DNA from: Vermamoeba vermiformis
Lineage: Eukaryota
Assembly: GCA_045837725.1 (NCBI GenBank)
Contig: JBEWZL010000260.1
Span: 558,001-622,000, forward strand
Length of the DNA: 64,000 bases
Direction of reading: 5' to 3'
A program made the position numbers and the translations under genes. Shown one piece after another: positions 12,234 to 22,589 of this stretch. Position 1 is the first letter of the stretch; every line of letters starts with the position of its first letter. Under the pieces are notes generated by a model. That model saw nothing but the letters and a program-made list of their open reading frames with translations. It did not search any database and was not told the origin of the DNA.

Positions 12234-12758
12234 ATGGAACTCGTGTGGCTTAAAAAAGAAGCAATTACGCCTCAAACTCGAGAGCGAATGGCAGCCTTAT
12301 TTGTTTCATCCTTTGCGACAGCTTACAAGCAGTTGGATCAATCCCTCGACAAACAAGAACTCGAGAGAGTTTTACAAACCCACTTTGCAGAGGCAATGCA
12401 GCACCTTGAAGTTTCCTACCAGTCTCATTTACTTATTTATAAAGAGGCACAAGGTGACAACCCAACAATTGCCGGCTTTGCAATTTGGTCCGAAGAAGGA
12501 GATAAACTTTACTTGCGGCAGTGTGCTGTTTCTTCCCAGTGGTGGCACAAAGGAGTTGGAAGTTCACTTGTGACAGCAGGCTATGCTCAAACCTCCCCAA
12601 TAATGACAGCTTCCGTTACTTCAGTGTACTTAAAGACAAGAGAATTTAATGTGCCTGCAATATCTTTGTACAAGAAACTTGGGTTTGTGGAGGTTGGGCA
12701 GGAGATTGTACCAGAGAGTCACATTGTATACCGGATTCTACAAAAGCAGTTAAAGTAA
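12234..12758 (+). CDS. GNAT-family N-acetyltransferase (RimI-like), intronless
   Basis: Motif A LYLRQCAVSSQWWHKGVGSSLV; motif B VYLKTREFNVPAISLYKKLGFVE. Confidence 0.9.
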   Translation: MELVWLKKEAITPQTRERMAALFVSSFATAYKQLDQSLDKQELERVLQTHFAEAMQHLEVSYQSHLLIYKEAQGDNPTIAGFAIWSEEGDKLYLRQCAVSSQWWHKGVGSSLVTAGYAQTSPIMTASVTSVYLKTREFNVPAISLYKKLGFVEVGQEIVPESHIVYRILQKQLK

Positions 12759-13070
12759 AGCACTATTTTCACTATTTCTGCTCTCAATGTTTGGGAGAGC
12801 AGGTCCAAGCTTGGTCACATAGAGGAGATCGTAGCACTGATGTCTGCGAAGTGTCCAAAAAAATAGAAACTCATGAAAACTAAGTGCAAACCAGGAGTTA
12901 AAATAGTTCTTTGAAGAACATCGCTGGAGGTGGGCTAGCATATAGTTAGCTGGACTTCTGCAAGGCAGGGCGTCCAACGTGGACGGGGCATCCGCTGACC
13001 TTAGCTTTTCTTTGACAGCTGCAGCAATTGTATAGATTATTGTATAATTATTGATATGTTTCTAATCGGA

Positions 13071-13705
13071 GGTGGACGTCCCGTCCGCCAAAAATTGGAC
13101 GTCAGCCATGGACTGCACGTCCGCCGACCATAGTACAAAATTTTTAATAGGATTCTATATGCCATGTATGTGGTAGCATATCCCTTCCATATAAAAAGGT
13201 TTGCCACCATGCTGGACAAAGTTACAACATAAAAAAGTATGAAAGATGCAAAAATTTTTGGCAGTTAGGTGACAATGAATTGTAGCCAAAGTTCAGTGGT
13301 GCATAAAATACGTCTAGTTATGTTGTATAAAGTATGTGCTGATGGATGAGTTCATACTTAATGCTGAAAAGTTACAAGTTGCTGTCACTACAATATCTTT
13401 GATGATTGCTCATGTCTTTTTGTTGTATAGTGATAGTTCTATGTATTTCCAAAGTTTAACTAGTTTTGCAGCATATAGAACAAAGTTCTAGTACTTAAGT
13501 TCTTTACAGAACAATGACATTTTCAGCCTCCAGCGGCTAGCCCAAAGCCTTCTGATGCCAATAGTAGTCCTTCTTGGGTCCGCTGGTGCTAATGGCAAAG
13601 TTTGGTATAAGTTGGTCAATTACTAACTTCAGCGGATGCAGCGACCCCGGACGGACGCAATGTCCACGGACGGACGAAAAATTTTTGGTGGACAGGACGT
13701 CCGCC
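13071..13705. mobile_element. MITE-like non-coding element with 26-bp terminal inverted repeats
   Basis: Left end ggtggacgtcccgtccgccaaaaatt (13071-13096) vs reverse complement of right end 13680-13705 ggcggacgtcctgtccaccaaaaatt: 23/26 match. AT-rich interior, no convincing ORF, no TSD found. Confidence 0.5.
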
Positions 13706-14342
13706 AATGGGGACAGTTGGCTAGGAGGATGGCCAATCCGGTGGATGACCTAGCCCCAAGGAGGTCCAGCCAGGCTAAGTTAACTGTAAACTCTCAAATA
13801 AAGGACAACTGTTGTCCGTCAATGTTATCTGGCCAGGACAAGCATGTCCCAGACAAGTACTTGGGCGGACGTCCTGTCCGCCAAAAATTTTTCGTCTGTC
13901 CGTGGACATTGCGTCCGTCCGGGGTCGCTGCGTCCGCTGATGTTAGTAATTGACCAACTTATACCAAACTTTGCCATTAGCATCAGGAGGCATTGGGCAG
14001 ATCGCTGGAGGCTGAATATGTCAATTTTCTGCAAAGAACTTAAGGGCCAGAACTTAGTTCTATTTGCTGCAATACCATTTAAACTTCGAGAATACCTAGC
14101 ACTATCACTATATAACAAGTTTTTATAGTCATCATAAAAACAATGTAGTAACAGCAATATGTGAGTTTACAGCATTAAGTATGAACCCATCCATCTGCAC
14201 ATGTTTGGCACAACACAACTCTACGTATTTTATGCAACACTGAACTTTGGCTGCAATACGTTGTCACCTAGCTATCCAATTTTTTTTCCATTATCCACAC
14301 TTTTATAAGGTGTAACATTGTCCTTAAAATGTCAGTGGCAAC
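13200..14342. repeat. Long inverted repeat: ~500-bp arms (13200-13705 / 13864-14342) around a ~158-bp spacer
   Basis: The inner ~118 bp of the arms differ at only 4 positions. Similarity continues outward with more mismatches and a ~31-bp indel at ~13559-13589. Confidence 0.92.
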
Positions 14343-14587
14343 TTTGTCTTCAGTGGCTTGAGTATTGGATGAATTAAATGTTCATATATGGTGTGTAAAT
14401 AATAAAGTTCGGTTGACTGTGAAATGATGATATTTATTATTCTTTTGGTGAGCGAATGTCGATGGAGTGCTCATCATGCAGTGAATGTTGACGATATCCA
14501 TCGGATCCTTCCAATCTTTTGTACTTCTCTTCGACAATAATGCAAATAGATCTGTTTCCTTAGCCATATCAAGCGTGTAACGCTGTC

Positions 14588-14971
14588 CTAATTGTCCGCT
14601 AAGAACACGTCGTGCAGTTTGTGGACCTCATCCCTATTACACAATTATGTTAACTCACTGGCATTCATATTCAATCGACTCTTACAAGGGGCGCGATAAG
14701 GAGGGAGCATCCAAAGCAACGTCCAGATCTAAATCCGTCAAAGCAGCAGCCAATTGCTCCACCGTAATCTTGCTATTATTAGGACACTTGTCAACGATCA
14801 ATTCAATCAATTCATCCACTGCGCGGAACAAATCCGTGGCCCTCCATTCAAGGTCAGTAAGTCGAAGGGTGATATTCGCACTACATACGTCTCTTGGCGC
14901 ACTAAATAGCGACGTTGTTGTGCCTTCAAATAATCGCGAATGAATCGTCTCACATCTGCTAGCGTGGTCAT
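14588..14971 (-). CDS. Small putative histone-fold-like protein
   Basis: Spliced model MTTLADVRRFIRDYLKAQQRRYLVRQET-ATDLFRAVDELIELIVDKCPNNSKITVEQLAAALTDLDL... has histone-fold-like helix/loop spacing. Introns are inferred and one acceptor is GAG. Confidence 0.35.
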
Positions 14972-15033
14972 CTGTTTGGTTTTTTTATTTACAATGCACT
15001 CAAACACTATAGGACTATATTGTATATGTGGCC

Positions 15034-15730
15034 TTATTCAAATAGTTGTGCTAGTGCGATATTTACAATCACTACCCAGCGCAGCGCTCCAATCGTGTAC
15101 GGCGCACTCGAGCTGTAGATGTAGCTGCCGATCGGCCACAAATAGTCGCGTTCTAACGTGATAATAGGCTGCGACCACCATATATATACCACAATCAATG
15201 TTGATATCGCCTACAAGTGGTGAGTGAATGACTAGTCTAGATCGAGCAGTCTTACTCTGAGCACAAAGCGCAGTACAATGTGCAGCAGCGAGATCTTGCT
15301 GGTCTGTTGCGCGGCTATAGATAGAGTGCACTGTTAATACTAGGCACGACTGGCATATGCCGCACGTGTAGGTCTGTCTGACGTACCCATCAGCTGCTTG
15401 AGCTGTTCAGTCTTCTTGGTAATCTCGCGCTTGACCTTGGCATATTCGCTGAATGTACTAGGACTATTCAGAGTGTTCGCGCGCTTGCGGAGATTGAGCA
15501 GATCTGCTTGCAGCACTTGGACCTCATCGACGAACTGACATTGCACGATTTTTAATAAATCTGAGCCGAGTGCATTCGTACTTGACACATATCACATAGC
15601 ATATGTACTATTCAAATACAATTTTAAAAATACTTACAGGCGAATGGAATTTCAAAGACGCAACTCGCTTGGTGAGCAGATGTCCCAACAACAAAATAAA
15701 AGTCGAGTAGATGACGTCACTCGCGGCCAT
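15034..15730 (-). CDS. GET1: GET1/WRB tail-anchored protein insertase
   Basis: N-terminal TM; coiled coil LNSPSTFSEYAKVKREITKKTEQL; C-terminal WWSQPII..LWPIG..IGALRW TM region. Confidence 0.7.
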
Positions 15731-15873
15731 CACAATAGTGCAAATGTTGTGTTACTAACAGTAAGTGTATTATTATTATTATTATATTACATCCAAAAAA
15801 TACAAAATTGACCGCACACGAAATTTCTTCAAAAACAGAACTCGATCTGGCTGAAACAACAAGAGGTCGCTGA

Positions 15874-16914
15874 CTAAGTGCGCTTTTTCTTATGTGCCCT
15901 CGCATCGCCGTTGTTGTTGCTGTCACTCTCAGGCAGCGGCTCTTCACTCAAGCGTCGTTTCAACGCAGATCCGCTCTTGGAGTTGCTCTGCGCGGAGGTG
16001 AGACTAGGCGAGTGCTGAATATGACTCTTGTGGCTCGGACTGCTCTTGTGCTCGCTGCTCGGCTTGTCCCCCGCACTCGCGTCCTCGCCCTCCAACTGCG
16101 CCAATCGTTCGGCAAACACCAAGCAGAGTGACTTGAGGCGCAATATCTCCGCTTCCATTGGCTGCACGCGACTGACCAGTGCCTCGTGTGTGAGCAACAG
16201 CGGCGTGCTGACACTCACATTGCTACTGCCGCTGTTGTTGTTCTCGTGCGCTGCATCGCTCTCCGTGGCAGTCACTTCCACCGTGCCAAAGCTGTACGCA
16301 GTCACCTTGTCCATCATGAAGGTGAAGTGGTCGCTGTGGGGGGTGTGAGTACAAGCATATGCAGCGACACTAGGGCACTACTCACCGCAGTTCATCGAGT
16401 TCGCGCGAGGTGGTTTTGTAGATCCGACCGAGCAGCTCTTGACAACTGCGACAACGGAACAGCTTGAATGTGCTGCAACCGTGTTAGTGCGAGGTATATA
16501 TCATACGACAGACAGCACGTACCTGCCAAAGTCTGTGGTTCGCTTCGAGGTCTGCGCACTCGAGTCAATGAGATCGACGTTGGATGCGCCTTGATGGAAG
16601 CACGTCAGAAATTAACTAATTATATTTTACTAACATCACCGTATATTATTTTGTTTATCACAGCAATTACATCGATGCCAGTGATTTTTAAAGAATTTTC
16701 GATAATTATTACTTAATTTATTGGCGCCAAATTGCGGATCACGCTTAGACAATCAGCAAGCACGCCGCAGCTACATACCCGACAGTGTAATGGTACTCCA
16801 CGCCTTGTTGGAGGCTACATACGACCACGAGTCCCCCACGATCGTCTTGCACTTGACGCACTGCAATACAAATGCTGCTAGTCCTTCAGCTGGTGCTTCA
16901 GAACTCTCGCTCAT
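15874..16914 (-). CDS. MIS18: Mis18 (Yippee/Mis18 zinc-binding domain + coiled coil)
   Basis: VLQCVKCKTIVGDS...FRCRSCQELLGRIYKTTSRELDELRDHFTF..VTAYSFG, followed by a C-terminal helix. Confidence 0.8.
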
Positions 16915-17093
16915 GCGTGGAGTATAGGCGTATTAATATATATATATATGTATCTGTGTCGATGGGTGCACGAGCAGGACTGTCGTGTTGAACACTGAAC
17001 AAGTGAGCTTTGTTATTTGCACATTTATTCGCAAGAGCACCCACCCCCACCACCCCAGTACCCCCTATATAGACATATATATACGCACCTAGC

Positions 17094-17925
17094 ATGGCTG
17101 ATCACGACGAGGTTGATGTGGACGAACAGATCGCACCTAAAGATCCGCGCTATCCTCTCAAAGTGGTCTACTGCCCTGGCAAGTTGTCCCCTCTTATTAT
17201 TATCACTATTATATTAGCGGTTATATTAGTTGTTATATTAGCTTCTATATTATATTTAACGTGCCTATTTATCAGTTAATAAGCACCGTGCTTGATTATT
17301 ATTCGCTAATTCTCAATAATAATATTAATTATGCCCATATTAATTGTCACCTATAGAATGTGGACTGCCAGCTGACTATTGCGAATTCGGACCTGATTTC
17401 AATAAATGCAAGCCGTGGCTGCTAGCAAACTTTCCAGATCTGTATCCGCAACTCAAAGAACAGACTGGCGCTGAGGAACAGCTCGACAAGCTGAAGATCG
17501 GCGATAACAACAACAATAAGAACACAACAGAGGACAAGAAAGAAGGTAAGTCATCACTCTAGATGCACGCGTACTGACACGTCTGGCGCCTAGAAGTGAA
17601 GATCTTGCCTGGCGGCAAAGTGAAGAAGATTGTTAAAGAGACGCCTAGTGTCACTGTATCGCGCTCGCAACGCAACAAGAAGAAGTGGGTCACTTCAGTA
17701 ACTGGCTTGAGCGGATTTGGCATCAAGCTGAGTGACGCGAGCAAGCTGTTCGCGAAGAAGTTCAGCAGCGGCGCCAGTGTGAGCAAAGAGAAGCCCGATG
17801 AAGTCGATGTGCAAGGCGATGTGTTGGACGAGATGATTGAGTTCATTCTGCAGCAGTGGAAGGACAAGATCAGCGAGGAGCACGTCTTTGTACTGGAAGA
17901 CAATAAGAAGGTGCCCTATTTTTGA
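17094..17925 (+). CDS. DENR: Density-regulated protein DENR/Tma22 (SUI1 domain)
   Basis: VVYCPECGLPADYCEFGP..CKPWL; RNKKKWVTSVTGL..FAKKFSSGASV..EVDVQGDV. Confidence 0.92.
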
Positions 17926-18002
17926 GAGTGTAGCATAATAATAATAATAAATAGAGGCAGCTCTTGTTTATATCGACAAGTGAGTTCTATGTACAAAAGG
18001 AT

Positions 18003-19492
18003 TCAATGCAGCAGATCCGTCACCTAGATAAAACAACGAATAGGTGAGTATGCGCATCTAAATATGTCCAATATATTATAATTATATAGCGCATTACCGT
18101 GGAGAGCTGCGTCTTGGTGTCGATCATGGCCATGGACGTCACTTCCAACAGTCGCTGCAGATTGGTCAGTGCACTGTGCGCCATGCCGATCTTCTCTTTC
18201 ATCTGTCACCGCTGTCAGTATCCGATGTATACATATATATATAGGCCTCACGAGTACGTACACTGCGCAGTTCACTGCCGTGTCCAGGCTCCACAGCCAT
18301 CTGTTCCTCACTGTGCTGTTCACACACACTGCGCAGCTCTTCGTTGCGTGCTTGCAGGGCCTGCACCTCACTCTGCAGCGCACTCTTCTCGGCACTCAGC
18401 GCACTGATCACACGCGCTTGTTCGCTCAGCTGCTGCTCGTAGTGTGCGGTGCGCTGCTGCAGTGTCTCGGTGAGTGTCAAGTGCTCCTGCACAGGGGGGT
18501 CAGTGAGCACATAGGGTGCAGCTAGTTAATGCGCTGCTATACTAGGTACCTTGAACAGCGTGGTGTGCTTGACGATGCCCTGCTGCTTGTCCTCGCTCAG
18601 TTGCTGCACTTGCGCTTGCAGGTCGAGCACCAAGTCCTCCAGCTGCTTCACTTTGAGGTGTGTCGCGCGCTTGCTGCTGTCAAAGTAGTCGATCATCAGC
18701 TGGTTCTTGGTCGCGTAGGCCAGATCCAGTGGCAGTTTGCCCTGCGCATCGCGTACATTGAGCACGACACTCGCGTCAGGTCTGTCCAATAGCAGCGCTG
18801 TCACCGCCAAGTGACCGTTGCACACGGCTAGATGCAGCGCTGTTTGACCGCTGCGCGTCACGGCACTGAGATTGACGCCGTGCTGCAGCAATGCATTCGC
18901 CACGCCCGTGTGTCCCGACATGGCCGCGAGGTGCAGGGCAGTGAACCCTTCGACGTCTTGAATATTGACCAACCGTTGACTGGATTGGATCGCACTCGCC
19001 ACTGACAACAGCTGAGAACGGGTTAGCGAATAGGAGAGCACAGCTATATCAATACGCACTGTCTCGACGACTTTTGTGTGTCCTTCACCAGCAGCCCAAT
19101 GCAGGGCACTCGCTCCTTCAGCTTCAGTTCTGTTCACCAGATCTGTTTAAGTGTCACTCGTGGGGCGTTATTATAATCAGCCTCTTATAGTTATACCTGG
19201 ATATTTGCTCAACAACTGCGCAAGTATTGGCGATTAATATTATTTTCATAATTCCAAGAGTAGATCTGCTTACCAAACTGACGATTTCTTCATTGCCAGC
19301 TGAACTCGCCTAAAACAAATATTATATCGCTGCAATATAAGTGCTAGAATCACCTACCCAATGCAGTGTCGTCACACCGCCAAGCCCATTGGTGAGCCAA
19401 CTGCGCTTCTCATCGTCATTCAACTCGGTGCTAGCCAGCCACTGCTCAATGTCGTGCAGCTGATTGCTCTTCACCCAATTCAACAGCTCCAT
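18003..19492 (-). CDS. Ankyrin-repeat protein with C-terminal coiled coil
   Basis: Repeats GASALHWAAGEGH, GFTALHLAAMSGH, GQTALHLAVCNGH, GKLPLDLA, followed by heptad-rich exons. Confidence 0.8.
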
Positions 19493-19600
19493 GATGCTCT
19501 TGTGCTGCTACCTGCTCGCTGGTCTTTGATTTGTGGCGCTCGAGTGATTAACACCACAATCTCATCACACCTGCCATATATATCCAACGGCACTGCTAGT

Positions 19601-19839
19601 ATGAGTGATGCACAGCGCACGAAGAGCGGGATCTGGAGCAAGTACACTGGCTTGTCGAAGAATGCGCGACTGGCTCTCGGCATCAGTCTGATTGTCGGGG
19701 GGCTATTAGGTATGTTTGATATATTCCAGTGTTGTAGCTAATTTAACCAGGTCCTTACATTACTCCATACCTCAATTTGTCAGATCCAGCCAATCCACTC
19801 ACTAAAATAATTCGAGGGAGCTCAAATAATAAAGAATAA
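19601..19839 (+). CDS. Small single-pass membrane protein (~65 aa)
   Basis: Two exons: MSDAQRTKSGIWSKYTGLSKNARLALGISLIVGGLLG/PYITPYL...KE*, with a canonical short intron. Confidence 0.5.
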
Positions 19840-19917
19840 GTGTAAATAAGAAGGTGTATATAAAATGAAGATATTATTAACAATACAAGGCACGATATTC
19901 CTAGCTATGATACAAGA

Positions 19918-22406
19918 CTAATCGTCATCGGTGGTGGTGGGTGCTGCTTGATGCGAGCTCTTGTTGTAACGACGATACTGCACGATGCACACGATCACAC
20001 CTGCAATCACCGCGAGTGAGCCCACGATGATGAGCACGATGGAGAGTGCAATCAGGTCCGTGAACATGTACACGCGTCCCTGCTCCACAAAGTTGAGGGG
20101 CGCAGCAATCTCCGATTCGATCACGTACCCGCCGCGCAGATACGCAGTCACATTGCCAATGTAGTACTGGCGCGGATCTGAGTGCACGGCATCGCGCACA
20201 GTGAGCAGCAGATTGACAATGGTGTCACTCCACGACACATTGCTCAGTGCCGGGGTCTTGGCAGTGAGTGTCACGTTGTTCACGATCACAGGATTCATGA
20301 ACACGGCCACGTGATCGGCTGTCACGGCTGTCACTGCGAAATCTGCGGGAGGTGTGGCGGGTGACAATTTGACACCTGTCACAGTGAGTTCGGCGTTGTT
20401 CCCGCCCTGTCCAGGATTGACAGCCGTGAGTGCAGGCCACTGATTGACATCTGTCACTATCATCGTGTTGTCATCCGCACACATGCGCTCAGGATTGGTC
20501 GGACAGTACACGTCACCAGTGAAGCCAATCGGCTTGACTGATCGTCCCGGCCAGCACGGATACCACACCCCTCCCACGCGAATGTGCACTTGCGTCATGT
20601 TGCGCACTGGATCCACTGCACACAGCGTGGCAAAACAGCCTGAATTGCGTGCCGTGCGCTTGTCCGTGCCGCGCTGTGCAGAGCTGAGCAGACAGCGACA
20701 GTTGGGACAGCGCATCTCGCCGTAGCTGTTGAGTGTCACCTCGCGCTGTTGCGAGTCACTGGGCAGCGAGTAGTCGGTGCAATCGCCGTCGTCGTAGGGC
20801 GTGAAGTACGGACAGTAGTCTGCGAGACTGTCTCCGCCCCCGAGATTGGGATTGGAGTAGTGGCGGAACTGCGGGTCCAAGACGACATCCCACTGCTTGA
20901 GATTGCAGTAGCTGCGTGCACGGTGATCGTAGCTGCAGCCCTCTTGATCGCTGACGGCACATCCAAACTGATACAGCTCCGTGTTGCTCAGTGCCTCGCT
21001 CGGTGAAGTCGTCAGCCAGGACGTGGCGCAGTTTGTGAGCACAAAGTTGCACCCTGCGCGAACAGTGTCGATTAGGACTGCGCAACAATAGCAATGGGAG
21101 TGTCATTCGTACCTGCATTGCGGCCCCAGTGCCAGCTCTGAGCCCCCGCGCTGTTGACGCGATACCAGCCCATGTCCTGCAACAGTCCGAGGGTGACAGG
21201 TGACACCACCAATCGACCAGGGCGCAGTGTCAGCACTTCATCGAACATGAGGCGCTTCTCAAAGTACGGCACGGGCAAGCTGTCGTCATCTCCGGCCTCG
21301 AGATCAATGCCTGACACGTGTCAACACGCGTGCAGAGTGCAGGACAGTCAGACTTACCGAGCATGTTGGGACAGCCAAAGTGCGTGCGTGCAGCGTCGAG
21401 TGCGCGAGGTGTGATGAGTCGATAGAGGATGGGTCCGAACTCGGGGGTCGTGCTGTTGATGACTTGATCGTAGGGCACGCTCTGACTCAGATCTGATTGG
21501 CTGCGATAGCTCTGTAGGAGAGGGGGTGAGTCAGCGACACTAGACACCAAGCACGTACGTAGAACTGCGGTGTCGTGAAGCCCAGCACGTGCACCAGCTC
21601 TTGCACGAGCATGCTGAATTGCGTGTGCAGGGTGCGCGGCAAGAGTTGATCCAAGACCTGATCTGCAGTGAGCGCGGCATTGCCGAGTGGTGCGAAGAAC
21701 TGCTGCCACTGCACGCTGTCTTCTACGAGCTGCATATTCACATTCAACTGCGCTGCAATCGACCGTTCAAATTGATCGCGCTGACACACGGCACTCTTCG
21801 CTGAGACCGCTTCTTGTACTGGGCGTGCAGTCACAAATACACTGTCAATAGTCACATTAGTACTAGTATTACATCAGGCGTGATTGGGTTGTTTATAACT
21901 GCATGCTGATTTAAATTTCGAATTATTACAGCAAACTGAAACGAGTGCCCCGCGCACGCTACTCACAGCAAATCAGTCGCGGGCACACCTGAGGCCTTGT
22001 ATGCCGCGGGAATGGGCACGCCTGCTCCATAGCCGCAGGTAGTTGGACCTGGATCAAGCACTAACGCCGTGTTGACGCGAACAGTTTTCAGTTGAATACG
22101 TGATTCAAAAAAATTCTTAATCGCGTCAATAATCTGCATAGTGTTGTTTCTCTTAGTATCGGTTAATACATCCGCTGCTGTACAGGTGTAGTTTGCGGCG
22201 CCCAAGTTGACTGTTTGACCAGCTGCGTAGCATGTGTAACCTGAATCAGCATTGGCATCTAAATAGCGATAATCAAATGTGATGCGAATGATTTCAAAGT
22301 CCCCATCCGTCACTGGTCCTGCGGTGCTGTAGACCTGATTGGCTGCATCTGCACACCAAAACAAATAAATAAATAGGAGCGACACGAGGGAACAACGAAC
22401 AAGCAT
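19918..22406 (-). CDS. Leishmanolysin/GP63 (peptidase M8)-like type I membrane protein, catalytic residues substituted
   Basis: Signal peptide; ITPRALDAARTHFGCP; FEKRLMFDEVLT; TLGLLQDMGWY..WHWGRNAGC; GGDSLADYCPY; Cys-rich C-terminus; C-terminal TM. Confidence 0.85.
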
Positions 22407-22589
22407 TGTATTAATAATGACTTGTCTGTTACTCTCTGTGCCTAGTTTGACTTAAACGCCTTTTAAAAGGAAATTGTTCCCTGCTTGCCATGTGATTAGT
22501 GGTCAGACTCCGGGTCTGACTCACCCTGCACAAAGCTGCCAGCCCACTGTGCTGTTATTGTTACGTGTTGTTAGTAGTGAACACATCAA

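Noticed and set aside
12950-13940. CRISPR-like array from recurring GGAC/GTCC motifs
   Set aside because: No regularly spaced direct repeats, no cas genes, and the context is eukaryotic.
13636-14157. ORFs of 94-110 aa within the inverted repeat, considered as transposase remnants
   Set aside because: No DDE or HUH motifs; consistent with chance ORFs.
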